Assembly: GCA_030390025.1 (NCBI GenBank)
Contig: CM059431.1
Coordinates: forward strand, 110,176,001-110,240,000
DNA: 64,000 nucleotides
Reading direction: 5' to 3'
DNA from: Squalus acanthias
Lineage: Eukaryota
Below the pieces are notes generated by a model that saw only the letters and a program-made list of their open reading frames with translations, searched no databases and was not told where the DNA came from. Shown piece by piece: positions 33,856-47,763 of the stretch. Position numbers and translations under genes: made by a program. Numbering within the stretch: the first letter of the stretch is position 1; each line of letters begins with the position of its first letter.

Positions 33856-34156
33856 TGTATTGGGTTACACAAGTTACATAAGTGACTCAACTTATATAAA
33901 ATATGAAACACTGCACTTATAAATGAAAATTTGTAACGTACATGCTAACCATCAGATTTTTAAGCTGACAGTTAGTATTTTTAAGCCATGTATGAGCTTG
34001 TTAGTATTTTGCAAGAAAAATCAGCTTTTTTCCTATTGGGATTAGAAGTTGTCATTATTAACAAATCAAATTGGTTGGATGGTGGGACTGAAGGCCGTTA
34101 AAAGCCATCAATCAAACACAACTTTCATCCCTGTTAGTTGCACACAAATTTGAGGC

Positions 34157-34395
34157 TCCCCTGCTCTTCTTTGAAATAGTGCCGTGGGATCGTTTATGTC
34201 CAGCTGAGAGGGCAGACGGGGCCTCGGTTTAACGACTCATCCGAAAGACGGCACCTCCGACTGTGCAGCACTCCCTCAGCACTGCACTGGAGTGTCAGCC
34301 TAGATATTGTGCTCAAGTCCCTGGAGTGGGACGTGAATTCTAAACCTTCTGGAACTAACAGAGGCAAGAGTGCTCCCACTGAGCCATATGATAAC
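34157..34395 (-). mobile_element. Deu SINE 5' half
   Basis: Matches 14670-14910. Confidence 0.75.
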
Positions 34396-36769
34396 AATCA
34401 ATAAGATTATGATAGATTGCAGACCCCGGATTGGAGGCAGTCAGTCAGGTCCACCTGAGTTGTCAAAGCTCAACACAAACACTTTGTGTGAAATTACAAC
34501 CTTTTAAATTGGAAAAGGCTGTAATTCTGGCGATACAATCAATATACTCTGACCCCCATTCCTGTTTTTACACGTTTTAGGTTTTTTTTTAATAACTGCA
34601 GTGTACAATAGTTTTTTTTTATTTGCAGTACAAGAAAGTAAACCTTTTGAGCAATAAAGACCAGCAAATACTGTTGGTGATAATCACAGATGAATACCCA
34701 GCACTTTGGAATGACTTTCCTCTGTCTGCTATTTTAATGGAGCACATGAACCCATTTATCTTCAATATGTTATTCCCTCTGTTAAGTACAGAGGAATGTC
34801 ATACTAATGCATGAAGCAATCATCCAACCAACAGTAATTTCTATCCTCGTATAAAAAAATGTTTAATTGACAGGTTGATCGACGTCTAAAAGCTGAAAAA
34901 CCAGGTTATGGTTTGGGTGTAGCCTTTCACAAAACTTAGTTCTAAGCCTTCTTTGTTATCAATGATATCAACTCACTCTAGTCCCTCCTGAAGTTACTCA
35001 GCAATAAAAGTTACTTATTTAAAATAGTTAAATCAGCATGTCATACATTGCAACAGTGACTCCACTTCAAAAGCACTTCATTGGCTGTAAAGCGCTTTGG
35101 AACGCCCTGAGGGTCGTGAAAGGCGCTATAGAAATGCAAGTCTTTCTTTTTTTCATGTCCTCAATTTATTTAATCCAGCACCAGTCTCTGAGCTGCTGTG
35201 GAGTCAGGAACAGTTGTGATCATGAGCCAGTTTGTTCTGTGCCTGCAGAATGCACTCCTTCGTAGGATTATTGCCGTAGCAATTCATCATTTGCAATATA
35301 AAAATCAACCTAGAAAATACGCCCTTTTTTGCTTCAGGTGAAATTTAAATCAATGCAATGTTCCTCGGAGCCCATGGAAATGAGTTACAATAGAGATGTA
35401 CAAAGCTACACAGTGAAAACACAAAATACTGCATTAAATCATCACATATTCAAAGCACATCAATGAGTTAATAATTTAAAAGTTCAGCTGAGGTAGGCAA
35501 AGCAACATAAATCAAAATCTCTGTCACAACCTCTGCCGCAATCTTTGTTACTACTTCCATTGAACTGTAAAAGTTCAGAAATCTGGGCCTCAGCCCCAAA
35601 CCACAGTCTCCAGTTCAACCTGGCTGCATGTTTGCCTTCCCACAGAGGCTCAAACACACCTGCCTGTGGGTTCTCACAAACAAGTCCTCTGTCCTTTCAC
35701 ATCACAAAAGAGCAGTCCTCTCTGCCACTGCCTGACTACCTCCTCTTCCGGTCATCCCTTGCGGATTTTTCTTCATGTTCTAACCTCACAGAGGAAGGAA
35801 ACCACAGAGTGATTACTTGGGAATATAACCACAAAAGTGAGGCACAATCAATTCAGAAAATCAATTTGTTCATTCCCTATTTACAACTGAATAGTGAATC
35901 CTGTATAATGCGCCTGTGGCCTCAATAATGGTTGCACTGTGTACAGACTATGCCAGCATTGTCCACCCATGTAGTCTGTGTTCTTTAGCTCTACCTACAG
36001 CATGACAACCATTGTAAGTTAATGGCTCATTTTTATTAAACTTGTTTGAGCTCTGAAAGCTGGAATGAGCAGTAGTTCAGTGCAAACAATGGCTGTAATT
36101 TAACGCTTCAAATTCCATCCGTGTAGGTAATTTATATTGTGTGATCTCAATTACACTCACACAAATAATAGAGGGACGTGTTGGGGTGATTTGCAAATCT
36201 CCCTGAAAAGTGTTGGCTTCCAGCACTTTCCACCCCATCATTTTAAGAACTGTCTGATACCATCAAAAGATAACCTACAAAAACTGGCAATATAATGCAT
36301 GTTGTCCACTGCCGCAGTGCCTCAGTTATAATTATTACAGAGCTAGATGTTTAATTCAGTGAACCTGGCAGTAAGTCCACCAAGTACTTCCTGTGTAAAT
36401 TTCAACAACAAAATAATCACCATCCCAAATTTATGCGGAGACTGGAATGGGGACGTAGACAGTTTACGAGCATATAATACAAGACAATAGATTATTTAAC
36501 AAGATAGAAGTAAATCATCACCGGTCACAACCCATAATTTGCAGCATGCCCTAAGAATGAAACATCAAGACTTCAGCAATCTAAGATTCTCAAGTAGACG
36601 TAAATTCAGGGGAATTTTCCCAGTGTCCTGGCCAGTATTTATCCCTCAACCAACACCTAAAACAGATGATCTGGCCATTTATCTCATTGCTGTTTGTGGG
36701 GCCTTGACGTGTGCAAAATGGCTGCCGCGTTTGCTACACTACAACAGTTATGTAAAGTTGCAGTGAGTC

Positions 36770-37320
36770 TACAGCACAGAAACAGGCCATTTGGCCCAAC
36801 CAGTCCATGCCGGCGTTTATGCTCCACACGAGCCTCCTCCCACTCTTTTTCATCTAACCCTATCAGCATATACGTTTCCTTTCTCCCTCATGTACTCATC
36901 CAGCTTCCTCTTAAATGCATCTATGCTATTCGCCTCAACCACTCCCTGTGGTAGCGAGTTCCGCGTTCTAAACACTCTTCGGGTAAGTAAGTTTCTCCTG
37001 AATTCCCTATTCGTGACTGTCTTATATTTACAACCTCTAGTTTTGGACACCAACACAAGCGGAAACATTTTCTCTATTTCTACCCTGTCAAACCCTTTCA
37101 TAATCTTAAAGACCTCTATCAGGTCAGCCCCTCAGCCTTCTCTTTTCTCGAGAAGAGAGCCCCAGCCTGTTCAATCTTTCCTGATAAGTATATCCTCTCA
37201 GTTCTGCTATCATCCTTGTGAATCTTTTTTGCATTTTCTCCAGTGCCTCTATATCATTTTTATAATATGGAGACCGGAACTGTGCAAAGTACTCCAAGTG
37301 TGGTCTAACCAAGGTTCTAT
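36770..37320 (-). mobile_element. CR1 3' fragment inserted in a + strand Deu SINE (36610-36750 / 37333-37395)
   Basis: TLVRPHLEYFAQFRSPYYKNDI..; SINE sequence resumes after it. Confidence 0.8.
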
Positions 37321-37394
37321 TCAAGCCACCTGACTGACTAGACTTCAAAAATACTTCATTGTCTATAAAGCACTTTGGGACATCATGAAGTTGT

Positions 37395-38267
37395 GTCCAA
37401 TTCTGGGCACCGCACTTTAGGAAGGATGTGAAGGCCTTTGAGAGGGTGCAGAAAAGATTTACAAGAATGGTTCCAGGGATGAGGGACTTCAGTTACGTGG
37501 ATAGACTAGAGAAACTGGGGTTGTTCTCCTTAGAGCAGAGAAGGTTGAGAGGAGATTTTATAGAGGTGTTCAAAATCATGAGGGGTCTAGACAGAGTAGA
37601 TAGAGAGAAACTGTTCCCATCATTTAGAAAGGCACAGATTAATCAGCATGGATTTGTTAAGTGCAGGTTGTGTCTGACTATGCTTGAACTGTATAAAATA
37701 CTAGTTTGGCCACAGCTAGAGTACTGCGTGCAGTTCTGGTCACCACATTACAGGAAAGATGTGATTGCACTAGAGAGGATGCAGAGGAGATTTACGAGGA
37801 TGTTGCCAGGACTGGAGAATTTTAGCTATGAGGAAAGATTGGATAGGCTGGGGTTGTTTTCTTTGGAACAGAGGAGGCTGAGGGGAGACTTAATTGAGGT
37901 GTATAAAATTATGAGGGGCCTAGATAGAGTGGATAGGAAGGACCTATTTTCCTTAGCAGAGAGGTCAATAACCAGGGGGCATAGATTTAAAGTAATTGGT
38001 GGAAGGATTAGAGGGGAGTTGAGGAGAATGTTTTTCACCCAGAGGGTGGTGGGGGTCTGGAACTCACTGCCTGAAAGGGTGCTGTAGGCAGAAACCCTCA
38101 TCACATTAAAAAAGTTCTTGGATATGCACTTGAAGTACTGTAACCTACAAGGATACGGACCAAGAGCTGGAAAGTGGGATTAGGCTGGATAGCTCTTTGT
38201 CGGTCAGCACAGACACAATGGGTTGAATTACCTCCTTCTGTGCTGTAAATTTCTAGAATTCTATGAT
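37395..38267 (+). mobile_element. tandem/chimeric CR1 3' fragments
   Basis: The ERVQKRFTRM..RGDLIEV segment occurs twice, joined by a 60-bp QHGFVK fragment. Tail ATTCTATGATT. Confidence 0.8.
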
Positions 38268-38509
38268 TCACAGGGTGATGTTGATCCCAGGAATTTCAGC
38301 GATAATATTTATCATTTCAGCCTGGAACATCCTAACTAATGCGTATTTCCAATATAGGTACAATGAAAAGTGTTTGTATCTCAATATGTAAGAAAAGAAA
38401 GAGTAGTTTGCACAGGAAATAATGGGTTCTACAGACATTGCTTCTTCCCCTGGCCAGTAAGAGGTACATAAGATTGTCTTAATAGGATTTGGCGCTCTAA
38501 GGGAAAGTT

Positions 38510-40865
38510 CTTGATCTCTGGCGCTCTCCCTGACCTCATGGCTGATTGGCTGCACACCACTTCCACAGCTTTGTCCTCCCCTCAGCCTCCCTCCACTCTG
38601 GCCCAACATCCCAGTAATTTTGCAGTTTTTGCCCCCTTCCCCCCCCCCCCTCATCATCTCCAAGCTCATTTCATCCATGAGATCCACCTCCTCCTCCCAT
38701 AATCCTCTCTCCACCCAGCTTCCCCTTCCTGCCTCCCACTGTGGCCTTCATCAATCGTTCCCTTTCCTCAAACCTCGCCTCTCTCCCCTTCAAAACAACC
38801 CTCCTCAAAAATATCCACCCTGCAACTTGTCAGCACTTTATCATCTCTATACTCATCTCACCAAAACTCCTGCTTGAATCACTCCAGTCTGGCTTCAACA
38901 GCATTCAATACAGCTGATTATGTAGTACATTACAACAGTGACTACACTCCAAAAGTACTTCATTGGCTGTAAAGTGCTTTGGGACATCCTGAGGTTGTGA
39001 AAGGCGCTATACAAATGCAAGTTTCTTTCTTTTCTATGTCAGCTTCCTCCATCGACTCTCCTCCATTGTCCAGCTCTACTCTTGTATGGTACCATTCCAC
39101 CCTATCTGAAAGCAGCCACAGCACCTCAAGCAATGGCTTTTCTTCCTTTTCCCACACTCTAGTAACCCCAAAGATCTGTCTTTTCCTCTTACGTACATGT
39201 TGTGCCTTGGCAACATCATCTCCAGGCATGGGGTCAACTTTCATAATGCACAACGCCACCACTCCGTCACTTCTCTTGATCCCTGACTGCATCCATGCTG
39301 TCAAAATGCTTGTCGGATATAAAGTGCTGGATTAGTCACAACTTCTTCCAGCTCTACATGGAGATGACCAAAGTCATTGTCTTTGGCCCCCACCACAAAC
39401 TCCACTGCCTTGTTACTGACTTATTTTCCCCTTCCCCCCCAATCACTGTCTCAGGCTGAACCAGCCCTTTCACAATCTTACAATCCTTTTCAACCTTACG
39501 GTGAACTTTAAACCCCACATACTATCCATCACCAAGACTGCTTACTTCCACATCACCGTCCCTCCCTCAGTCCTCTCACTGCTGAAGCTGTTATACATAC
39601 ATTTGTCACCCCTAGATTTGACTACTCTTAACACTTTCCTTACTGGCCTCCCATCCTCCATCCTGTATAAACTCTCATTTGTCCAAAGCTTTGCTGGATG
39701 TATCTTATTACATTGTGCCGGAATTTCCTCGATCCGACTTATTACACCGAAATCTACGCTGAAATTTGCACTGACCTTGCTGTCGTCAACTTAAGCCGAA
39801 ATTTCCTGAGAATCTCATTAGCACATGCTGCAATGTAAAAAGTAGTGTAAAACAAGCGGAAATCAATGTAAACAATTGGGGCTCCGAGGAAAGCACAGAA
39901 CATATGCTATATTCCTTCTTTAAGTCACTCTTTATCTTACTGATGTTATGAAAATTAAATTTTGAAGTCATCAAGCCATCAGTATGCACATTAAGCACAG
40001 CATGTTAAAGAAATGCAATTGTGGAAGGTTTTCTCTTTTTAATGTAACAGATTCTGATGCCATAAAAAGCAAACAAAGATGTAAAAAATACAGTTTAGGT
40101 CTCAGTAGGGAGAATTAAACAAATCACAATTAAACACCAGGAACAGTGACTTCAGTTGCTGCTGCGCCTAAAATTTTGAACGTAAACTCATGCACATTCA
40201 GAACTGGCGTAAATGTAGGAAACTCACGTTCTTTGGTCTTTTGCACAGAGGCGGAGCTACGTTAATAAGCTAAGTGGGTTTCAGCAGACCTAACTTGGAA
40301 GACGCAAATGATTAAGGAAACTGGTGTACGGTTCTGGCGTAAAGCCAGAGTAAGTCACCTAAACGCAAATTTCCTTGGAAAAAACTGGTGCAATGTGGCT
40401 CTTACACTGTTGTTGCGCCAAACAATTACAAGGAAATTCCGAGCCATTAAATCCCATTCGCCCATCACCCCCATCCTCACTAATCAATACCGTTTCCCAT
40501 CCCATTCAATTAAAAATCCTTCACCTCATCTAAAACCCTTCATGGGGTCGCCCCAAAGTATCTCTGTAATCTCCGCCAGTCTTAAATCCCCTCACAAAAG
40601 CTCCGTTCCTCTCAATCTGGCTTTCTGTGCCTCTCCCCATCCTTTCACCTTGCTGTTGGTAGCAAAGCCTTCAACTATCTACTCTCTGGGTCTTCCTAAA
40701 CTCTGCCTCTCCACCTTTTAAAAATCTCCTCAAAACTCTTCAAACAAGCTTTGTTATCCTTCCTAATCTCTTCCTTCTTTGCTCAGCATCCAGTTTTTCC
40801 ACACCTATTTGTGAAACTTGGGATGTTTTCGTTGCTTTAAAGGTGCTGCATAAATTGTTATTGTT
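38510..40865 (+). mobile_element. old decayed L2 LINE (with SINE tail and MITE insertions)
   Basis: NFKPHILSITKTAYFH..LDLTTLN..LTGLPSSILYKL; SHSPITPIL; 3' end AAAGGTGCTGCATAAATTGTTATTG. Confidence 0.6.
39715..40445. mobile_element. Harbinger-type MITE
   Basis: TIR core CGGAATTTCCT / AGGAAATTCCG; TSD ATT. Confidence 0.7.
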
Positions 40866-41324
40866 GTTCCTAAGTATTCTAACATGTCGTCTGTTGCCAT
40901 TGTCATGTTGGGGCCCTATTTAACTAAGTCTGACACTTTAACTCCTCAAAGTTTTGACTAATAATTGATCTGTATCTTTAAAGGCTTTCTTACAGAAATA
41001 GAAATGACTTAAAAAATCATTTACCTTGGGAAGAACTTCATTTTAATCTGCAATTTTGCAGAGAGATGAAAACAAACCTTACTATAACTTAATTTATATT
41101 CCCAAACATGGTGTGAAATTTCCTGCAACTCAGTTAGCAAACCATTACCTTATTTTAAATTTACCTCCCTATTCCGTGCCTCATAGCTTGGCTGAGGGAG
41201 GGAGTGAGCAAATCATCGCTTGAGACTTTGATTTGTTGCTCTGTGAGCAGCCACTAGGACGTGCCCAGAGCACACTGGTCATTTTTATTTCTAATTTGTC
41301 CTACTTCCTTGTGAAGAAACACTT

Positions 41325-44300
41325 GGACCTTGTAGTTCGATTGCGCCTGAAAATGGGCACACAGAGGGTGGGGCACAGGGACCACGTGAAATTGGTACGG
41401 CCACCTCATGACAACGCCTCAGGCGTGCAGCCAGTGTTGCCTATCTGTTTGGGGGGGGGCGACCAGAAATCGGGTGTCTCTGATGCCACTTAAAGGTAGC
41501 CAGCATCTCTTAAAGGGGAGGTTCACTCTGGCTGCAGACAGCAGGGAACGCTTGTCAGGAGAGAAATGGCTGCAAGACCTGCAGATCGGGCCCCCAGGTT
41601 CTCCGATGCTGCTTTGGAGGCCCAAGTCCCGGTAATGGAGAGGAGGAGGGAGATCCGGTTCCCCACCGGGGACAGAAAGCCCCCGAGGCAACACCTTCGC
41701 CGACAGTGGGAAGAGGTCGCAGAGAAGGTCAATGCCTGGAGCTCAGCTCCCAGGACATGGCTGCAATGCCGCAAAAAAGTTCAATGACCTCATTAGAGTT
41801 GTCAAGGTACGAATCCTGCTCTCTTACTCTCACCTCCACCAGCTACAGCTCTCGCTGCTCATAATATACCCCTCCCCCACTTTCCTTCACTCTCTTACAA
41901 TCACTGCATGACCCTTCACTCCATCTCCTTCTCCTATGCTCACACGCTCACCATTATTGCAACCCTCACTTCTCCACCTCTGACACACTGCATACCAGCT
42001 ATTCCACCATGATAGGCGCATTCTCTAAACACCTCACCGGGATGTCATAAACAAACTCCCTTCTTTCTTGTAGAAGAAGGTCCTGCACAACCCGAGACGA
42101 CAGGCTGCCGGCAGAGGAGGCCGGGCCCACCTGCACACCCTCTCCCCCATGAAAGAAAACTTGCTGGCCATCATGGGCAGGGGGAGACTCATGGCGGTAT
42201 ACTGGAGGAGACATCACACAGGGCTTCTCCTCTGGTTGCCTTTTTGTTTCTATCTCACCCTACCCACTCTGCATGGCAAACGGTAGCTTCTTTCAGCAGC
42301 CACTTCTCTCGCTGCTCCCCCGTTCACATTAAAAGCTCACCCTTGTCCCCTCCTTTCATTTCAGATGAAACCCTCGCAAGCACCAGCTCAGGGACTGGCA
42401 CCACACGTACTTTAGAGGCTAGGCTAGAGGAGGGGTCTACACGTGGTGACTCACCGGGCACAAGTGGGCAGGAGCTGGGGCAGGAGGATAGGATGCCGCA
42501 GGCGCCAGCTCGCCGGAGGGTGAGATCACATACTCGCTCTGTTACAGAGGACTCAGATGCTGACTTTGAGTGTCCAGGCTGCCGAAGAAGGGCTGATGGG
42601 CATACACCAGGAAATGCTAGGTGCACTGGACAGCCTGACAGGGAGCTTGTGCACGAATGGCTCAGAGCATGGAGGAGTCCAGCTCCAACTTGTCCCAAGG
42701 CTTTGTGCAGAGCACGGAGACCATTCCGTCCAACACAGATCGAGCGGTCAACTCCATGAGCCTGACAGTCGCACCCACTGTGATGGAGCCTCTGCTGACA
42801 GCTGCTAGCCAATGAGGCTCAGAAGGCTGCCATCTTGGTTTTGGGGGCCGGTGTTGACAAGGGTTTTCAGTGCACATAACCAACATAACAAAAACAGATC
42901 ATCTGGTCATTTTCACATTGCTGTTTGTGGGAGCTTGCTGTGCGCAAATTGGCTGCCACGTTTCTAACATTACAACAGTGACTCCACTTCAAAAAGTACT
43001 TCATTGACTGTAAAGCGCTTTGAGACGTCCGGGGGTCGTGAAAGGCGCTATAGAAATGCAAGTCTTTCTTTTCTTGTCCCATCACTCCTGCACTGTGTTC
43101 TCATGCACCGCAGTAGGACTGCTGAGGCCCAGTCCCAGGAGAGTGGCTGTGACTCCATGGGAGAGGCACCCGCTGTTTTCTCAGAATGAAAGCACGCCTG
43201 CTCCCCTGCTACCCACTTTGCCAGTGCCCTTGTTAGTGCCACACAGCCAGCTGGGCCAGACTGCCCCTGACTGAAGGAAAGCAATCAGATGGTGGTAGTA
43301 AGGACGGTGGTGATAGGGATGCCGGGACCATTGGTGTATTGGGGATGGGAGTGGTGGTTCTGCGGTAGCGCTGTTCGAACGGGCAGTGAAAGCGATGCTT
43401 GAGCGTGCCAACTGTCTGCTTAATACATTCGTGGTGGCAGCACGGTTTGTGTGTACGCCAGCTCAGCAGCTCTGGCTGGGTTCCTTACGGAAGCGATGAG
43501 CTACTATAAAGGGCGTATCCTTTGTCGCCCAGTAGCCAGCCTGTGACCTGACAGCCTGGTTGGGCAAAGGCGGCACAGGGGACTGGCGCAGGACAAATGA
43601 ATCATGGTTGCTGCCAGGAAACTGGGCACAGCCCTGCACGATGTGATACCTGTGGTCACAAACAAGCTGGATGTTGAGGGAGTGGAATCTCTTCCTGTTC
43701 CGATTGATGCCAGGTTAGTGGTGGGGAGCACGCAGGCAATGTGGGTGCAGACTATAGCACCTCGCGCTCAGGGAAAGCCACAGGGGTGGGTGAAGCCTAT
43801 TGCGCTCTCGCCCGGCTTCACTCTGTCCATGGGGACAGAAATGTAACTGCTCCGCGTAGCTTAGAAAGCCTGTCTGTGTCCTCCCTGATACGGCAGTGGA
43901 CTGTAAGATGTAGCTGATATCACCTGCTGCAGACTGGAAGGAGCCTGTTGCATAAAAGCTAAGGGCCACGGTGACCTTGACAGCCACAGGGAGTGCTGTC
44001 CATGCCTTAGTACGAGGCTTCAGTTGTGGTTGCAGCGGGTGACATCGCTCAGTGACAGGCTCCTTTGTGCAGTGAAGGCACCTCAGACATTGCTCCTCTG
44101 TGAAATTAAGATAGGCGAGGCGCTCCCTGAAAACCCGCTGTGGGTCTAGCCTCCTGCACAGTGTTCCCTCCTCTGACCTCTGTGAGCTGCTCCTGCTCTG
44201 TCCTCTCTTCCTTGTTACTCCCTCTCATCCTCCAGCCACAAAGACAGCTCTACCAGGCCACCCACGACTGCAGCCAAAAACATTGAAGCACCAGAAAAAT

Positions 44301-44350
44301 CTGCTTAGCAGTCAGAATGAAGGTTCCCCGCCAGAAAACAGGCCAAAAAA
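41325..44350. mobile_element. decayed Harbinger: Myb/SANT gene (+, from 41566) convergent with transposase (-, about 43440-44260)
   Basis: MAARPADRAPRFSDAALE..QWEEVAEKVNA..RTWLQCRKK; AVKVTVALSFYATGSFQSAAGDI. A SINE fragment is inserted at about 42870-43070. Confidence 0.8.
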
Positions 44351-44816
44351 ACACCTAGGGCTAGAAATTCGGTACCTTGGCGCCTCCTGTTAGCGCCTGG
44401 GCGGGGCGCTAATGGGGAGCTAAGTGCTTATCGCTGAGGTGCGGCGATTCCAACCCCGCCCGCAAAATTCAGTCGGCATTTAGCGCCTGGCCCTCTAGCG
44501 CCGCTCAGACCGTGACGTCAATGAGTGTGCAACGCCCCATTAGTGCCCCGGATGTGAAATTCAGTCGCTTCCCCTGACTTACCTCCTGGCGCTGAGAACG
44601 ACAGAAACAGCAGGCGTTGATACTTGGGATTGCCGCTCCCGGGGCGCTATTTAAAGGGATCACTTGCCGGGTCATTGTGAGGTCACATTCATTGCTGGCT
44701 TGTCAGATAGCGTTTTGGCTGCGTTCACATTTTCTCCATTTTTGCTTTGTTGCTGCTCTAACAGTTTCTTCACTTGTATTGCACTGAACATTTCTACCTC
44801 CTCTTTTCTCTCATTT

Positions 44817-45986
44817 ATGGGGGCTGTACTGACGCTCCACCTTGCCCTCTGGCAACTACGTCAGAGGCAGCGGATGCAGAGACAGAGATGTGGCCAGAGG
44901 TAGGAGGAGGGCCGACAGACCTCGCAACAGGAGACCTTACCCTCCAGGGTATTCCGGGAGCAGTTCTCCTACATTCATCTCTCAGAGGAGCAGTGCCTTA
45001 GAAGGCTCCGTTTCAGCAAGGAAGTGGTCACTGAGCTCTGCCACCTCCTGCAGCCAGAGCTCCAGCCTCAGCTCAGGACCAGGACGTCTCTCTCAGTGGC
45101 AGTTAAGGTCACAGTCGCTCTCAATTTCTACGCCAGTGGCTCCTTCCAGGCTTCAACAGGGATATTGCAAAGATTTCGCTGTCCATTGCTGCATCTGGGA
45201 GGTAACAGATGCTCTCTACAGAAGGAGAAGGGAGTACATCTCATTCCCCATCACCAGAGAGAAGCAGGACGAACGTTCATGTGGCTTTGCAAGGATAGCG
45301 GGCTTCCCCATGGTTCAGGGCGCCATTGACTGCACCCACGTGACATTGCGGGCACCTCATCACAATGCTGAAGTGCTCCGTAACCGCAAAGGCTACCACT
45401 CTCTGAACGTTCAGTTGGTGTGCGACCACAGACAGCTCATCCTTGCCGTCAATGCCCGCTATCCTGGCAGCAGCCACGATACATTCATCCTGCAACAGAC
45501 TGGTGTCCAGCATTGTTCCACCCACCACATGAAGCTTGCGGCTGGCTGCTCGGAGACAAGGGTTATCCACTCGCCACCTGGCTGATGACACCCCTCCGCA
45601 ACCCCAACACTCCTGCTCAGCATGCATAGAATGACAGCCATACTGCCACCAGGAACCTGATCAAACAGACTATCGGGGTGCTAAAGCAACGGTTCCACCG
45701 TCTTGACCGCTCTGGAGGAGCCCTGCCGTACTCCCCTGATCGAGTCTCCCTTTTCATTGTTGTGTGCTGCATGCTGCACAACCTGGCCATTCTGAGGGCC
45801 CAGCCATTGCCACCAGGGATTGGAGGTCCACCTCAGGAGGAGGAAGAGGGAGAGGAGGAGGAGGCAGAGGAGGAGGATGAAGAGGAGGAGGAACAGCAGC
45901 AACGGAGGAGGGAGGTACTCAATCTTGCTTCTGCGAGGGCCGTGCGTGATTGCCTCATTAGACAACGCTTCCAATCAATGAGATAG
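44817..45986 (+). pseudogene. Harbinger DDE transposase (HARBI1-like), several frameshifts/stops
   Basis: [72 protein letters not shown]; acidic poly-E C-terminus. Confidence 0.92.
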
Positions 45987-46040
45987 CACATGGCGTTTGC
46001 GCAGCGCAACCACATCATTACATCCAGCTCGCAGTGCCTA

Positions 46041-47763
46041 TCACTGGGCAAAGGCCAAATGAGAAACATCACAAAATGAGGTGGGTGGAGCAGTCTGGGA
46101 TGGCTGTGTTACAGGCTGCGACAAGTGCAATAGCAGAGTGGCAGTGGTGGGAGCAGGAATGCGGTCATCCTGAGAGAGGACAGCACCTTGCTGCTCAACT
46201 GACACACTGCCACTCCCCCGGGGCAGAACCACAGCATCCGGAGCAATCTGCTGGAGCACAGATTGCTGGCCTGCTGCGGCACCGTGAAATGCCCGGTGGA
46301 TTGTGGGCGACCCAGCGACGATGGCAGCAGTCAGCGTTTGCGTGGCATCAATCTGAGATTGCATGAGAGCAGTCTGCGATTGAATGCCAGCAACCGCTGA
46401 CTCCATTACAGCACTAAGCCGTTGCGTTGCTTCATCCTGTGCTGCAATAGCTGCTGCCACCTCACCCATGACACTCGGCATGAGGTCTGGGTCCCCACGG
46501 TCTCTCTGCGAGTCGACCATCCTTTGCAAACTGCCAAGGATGGGCTCGATGGTGTGAGCAGAGCTGAGTGCAATGTTGGAGGCAGATTCCTCCACACTCC
46601 TTGCCAGTGCATCCATGCTCTCGGGCACCCTTGACATTGCACCCATGAGCTCGGTGTGCATGCCCATCACCCATCTGGTCAACGTCTCCACATCGACGTC
46701 CTCATCTGAGTCCTGTGCAGCAGAACTCACGCGCGAACTCACCCTCTGGGGAGATGGACCCCGAGCTTCCCTTTCCCCATGGCGTTGCTGCAGCCCGCTG
46801 GGTCCCGGAGCTTCACCCAGATCAGACCCATCTACTAGACTCTCCTCCAGCGACTGCATCGCCCCATTATCGGACCTAGCGCCTTCGGGAGACACAGGCA
46901 GTGAGGCTCTGACTTGTTCTTCTCCTCCTCTCCCGCATCGCTGCCACTGGGAGGCTGAGGGACAGGCTGGTCAGCTGGTGACTGATTATCTGAAAGCATA
47001 AAGGCACAAGAGTGGGGTTAAGGTCAGGGGAGGGGGGCAGGAAGGGAGCAAGGAATGGAGACAGTATACTTAGACGGAAAGTGGGAAAGGCTTGTAGTGT
47101 GAGGGGGAAGTGGTATGAGAGAAGAGGGAGAGGTGATGAACATACTATTGTTGTCCCCAAGAGGGTTGACTTCTCCGATGGCCACAGCGCCCACGACCTC
47201 CTCCAGGTCTGTAAGGGGGTGCAGGTCTGCCTCACCTCCTCCCGTTCGTACCTGCTCCCTCCTGTTGTGAGCAAGTTTGGCCTCCAAGAAAAAGGAAAGT
47301 GTGTGAGTGAGTGTGCAGCTATGTGTTTGGCAGATGAGTCTACCATATTTGAATAGCTGTTAATGTATGCAAGGCGTGAGATGTGGATGTGACTTTTAGT
47401 AGGTGGGCATAGTTGGTGGGTGAGTGTTGGGGATTTGGCGGTTTACACTGTCTGTGCACAGAGTGAAGTTGAGATGGTGGCTTGGAGAGGTTTTTGAAGC
47501 ATCTACTCACCCTGACCACCCGAGTGAGGTCGTTGAACTTCTTGCGGCACTGGGTGGGAGTCCTGTGGACCACACTTCTGGCCGACACGTCCTGGGCGAC
47601 CTCCCTCCACATCCTCCTAAAGGCCTGTGGCAATGGCCTCCTGCCAGTGTCCAGGAAGAGCACTGCCCATCAGCATTCCACGGCCACGACCAGAGCCTCC
47701 AAAGTGCCTGGTCGCTGAACCGTCTCTCTCGCTCTCTCTCTCTCTGCGCCTCTGATCAGCCAT
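46041..47763 (-). pseudogene. Harbinger Myb/SANT (trihelix) DNA-binding gene, 3 exons (about 47763-47511, 47281-47146, 46989-46041)
   Basis: RRMWREVAQDVSARSVVHRTPTQCRKKFNDLTRVVR|gtgagt; ag|AKLAHNRREQVRTGGG joins in frame; gtatgt donor and tttcag acceptor follow. Confidence 0.8.

Noticed and set aside
44817..45986. Host HARBI1 gene
   Set aside because: Frameshifted, inside TIRs with a TSD and paired with a Myb gene; many decayed paralogs nearby. It is a transposon copy.
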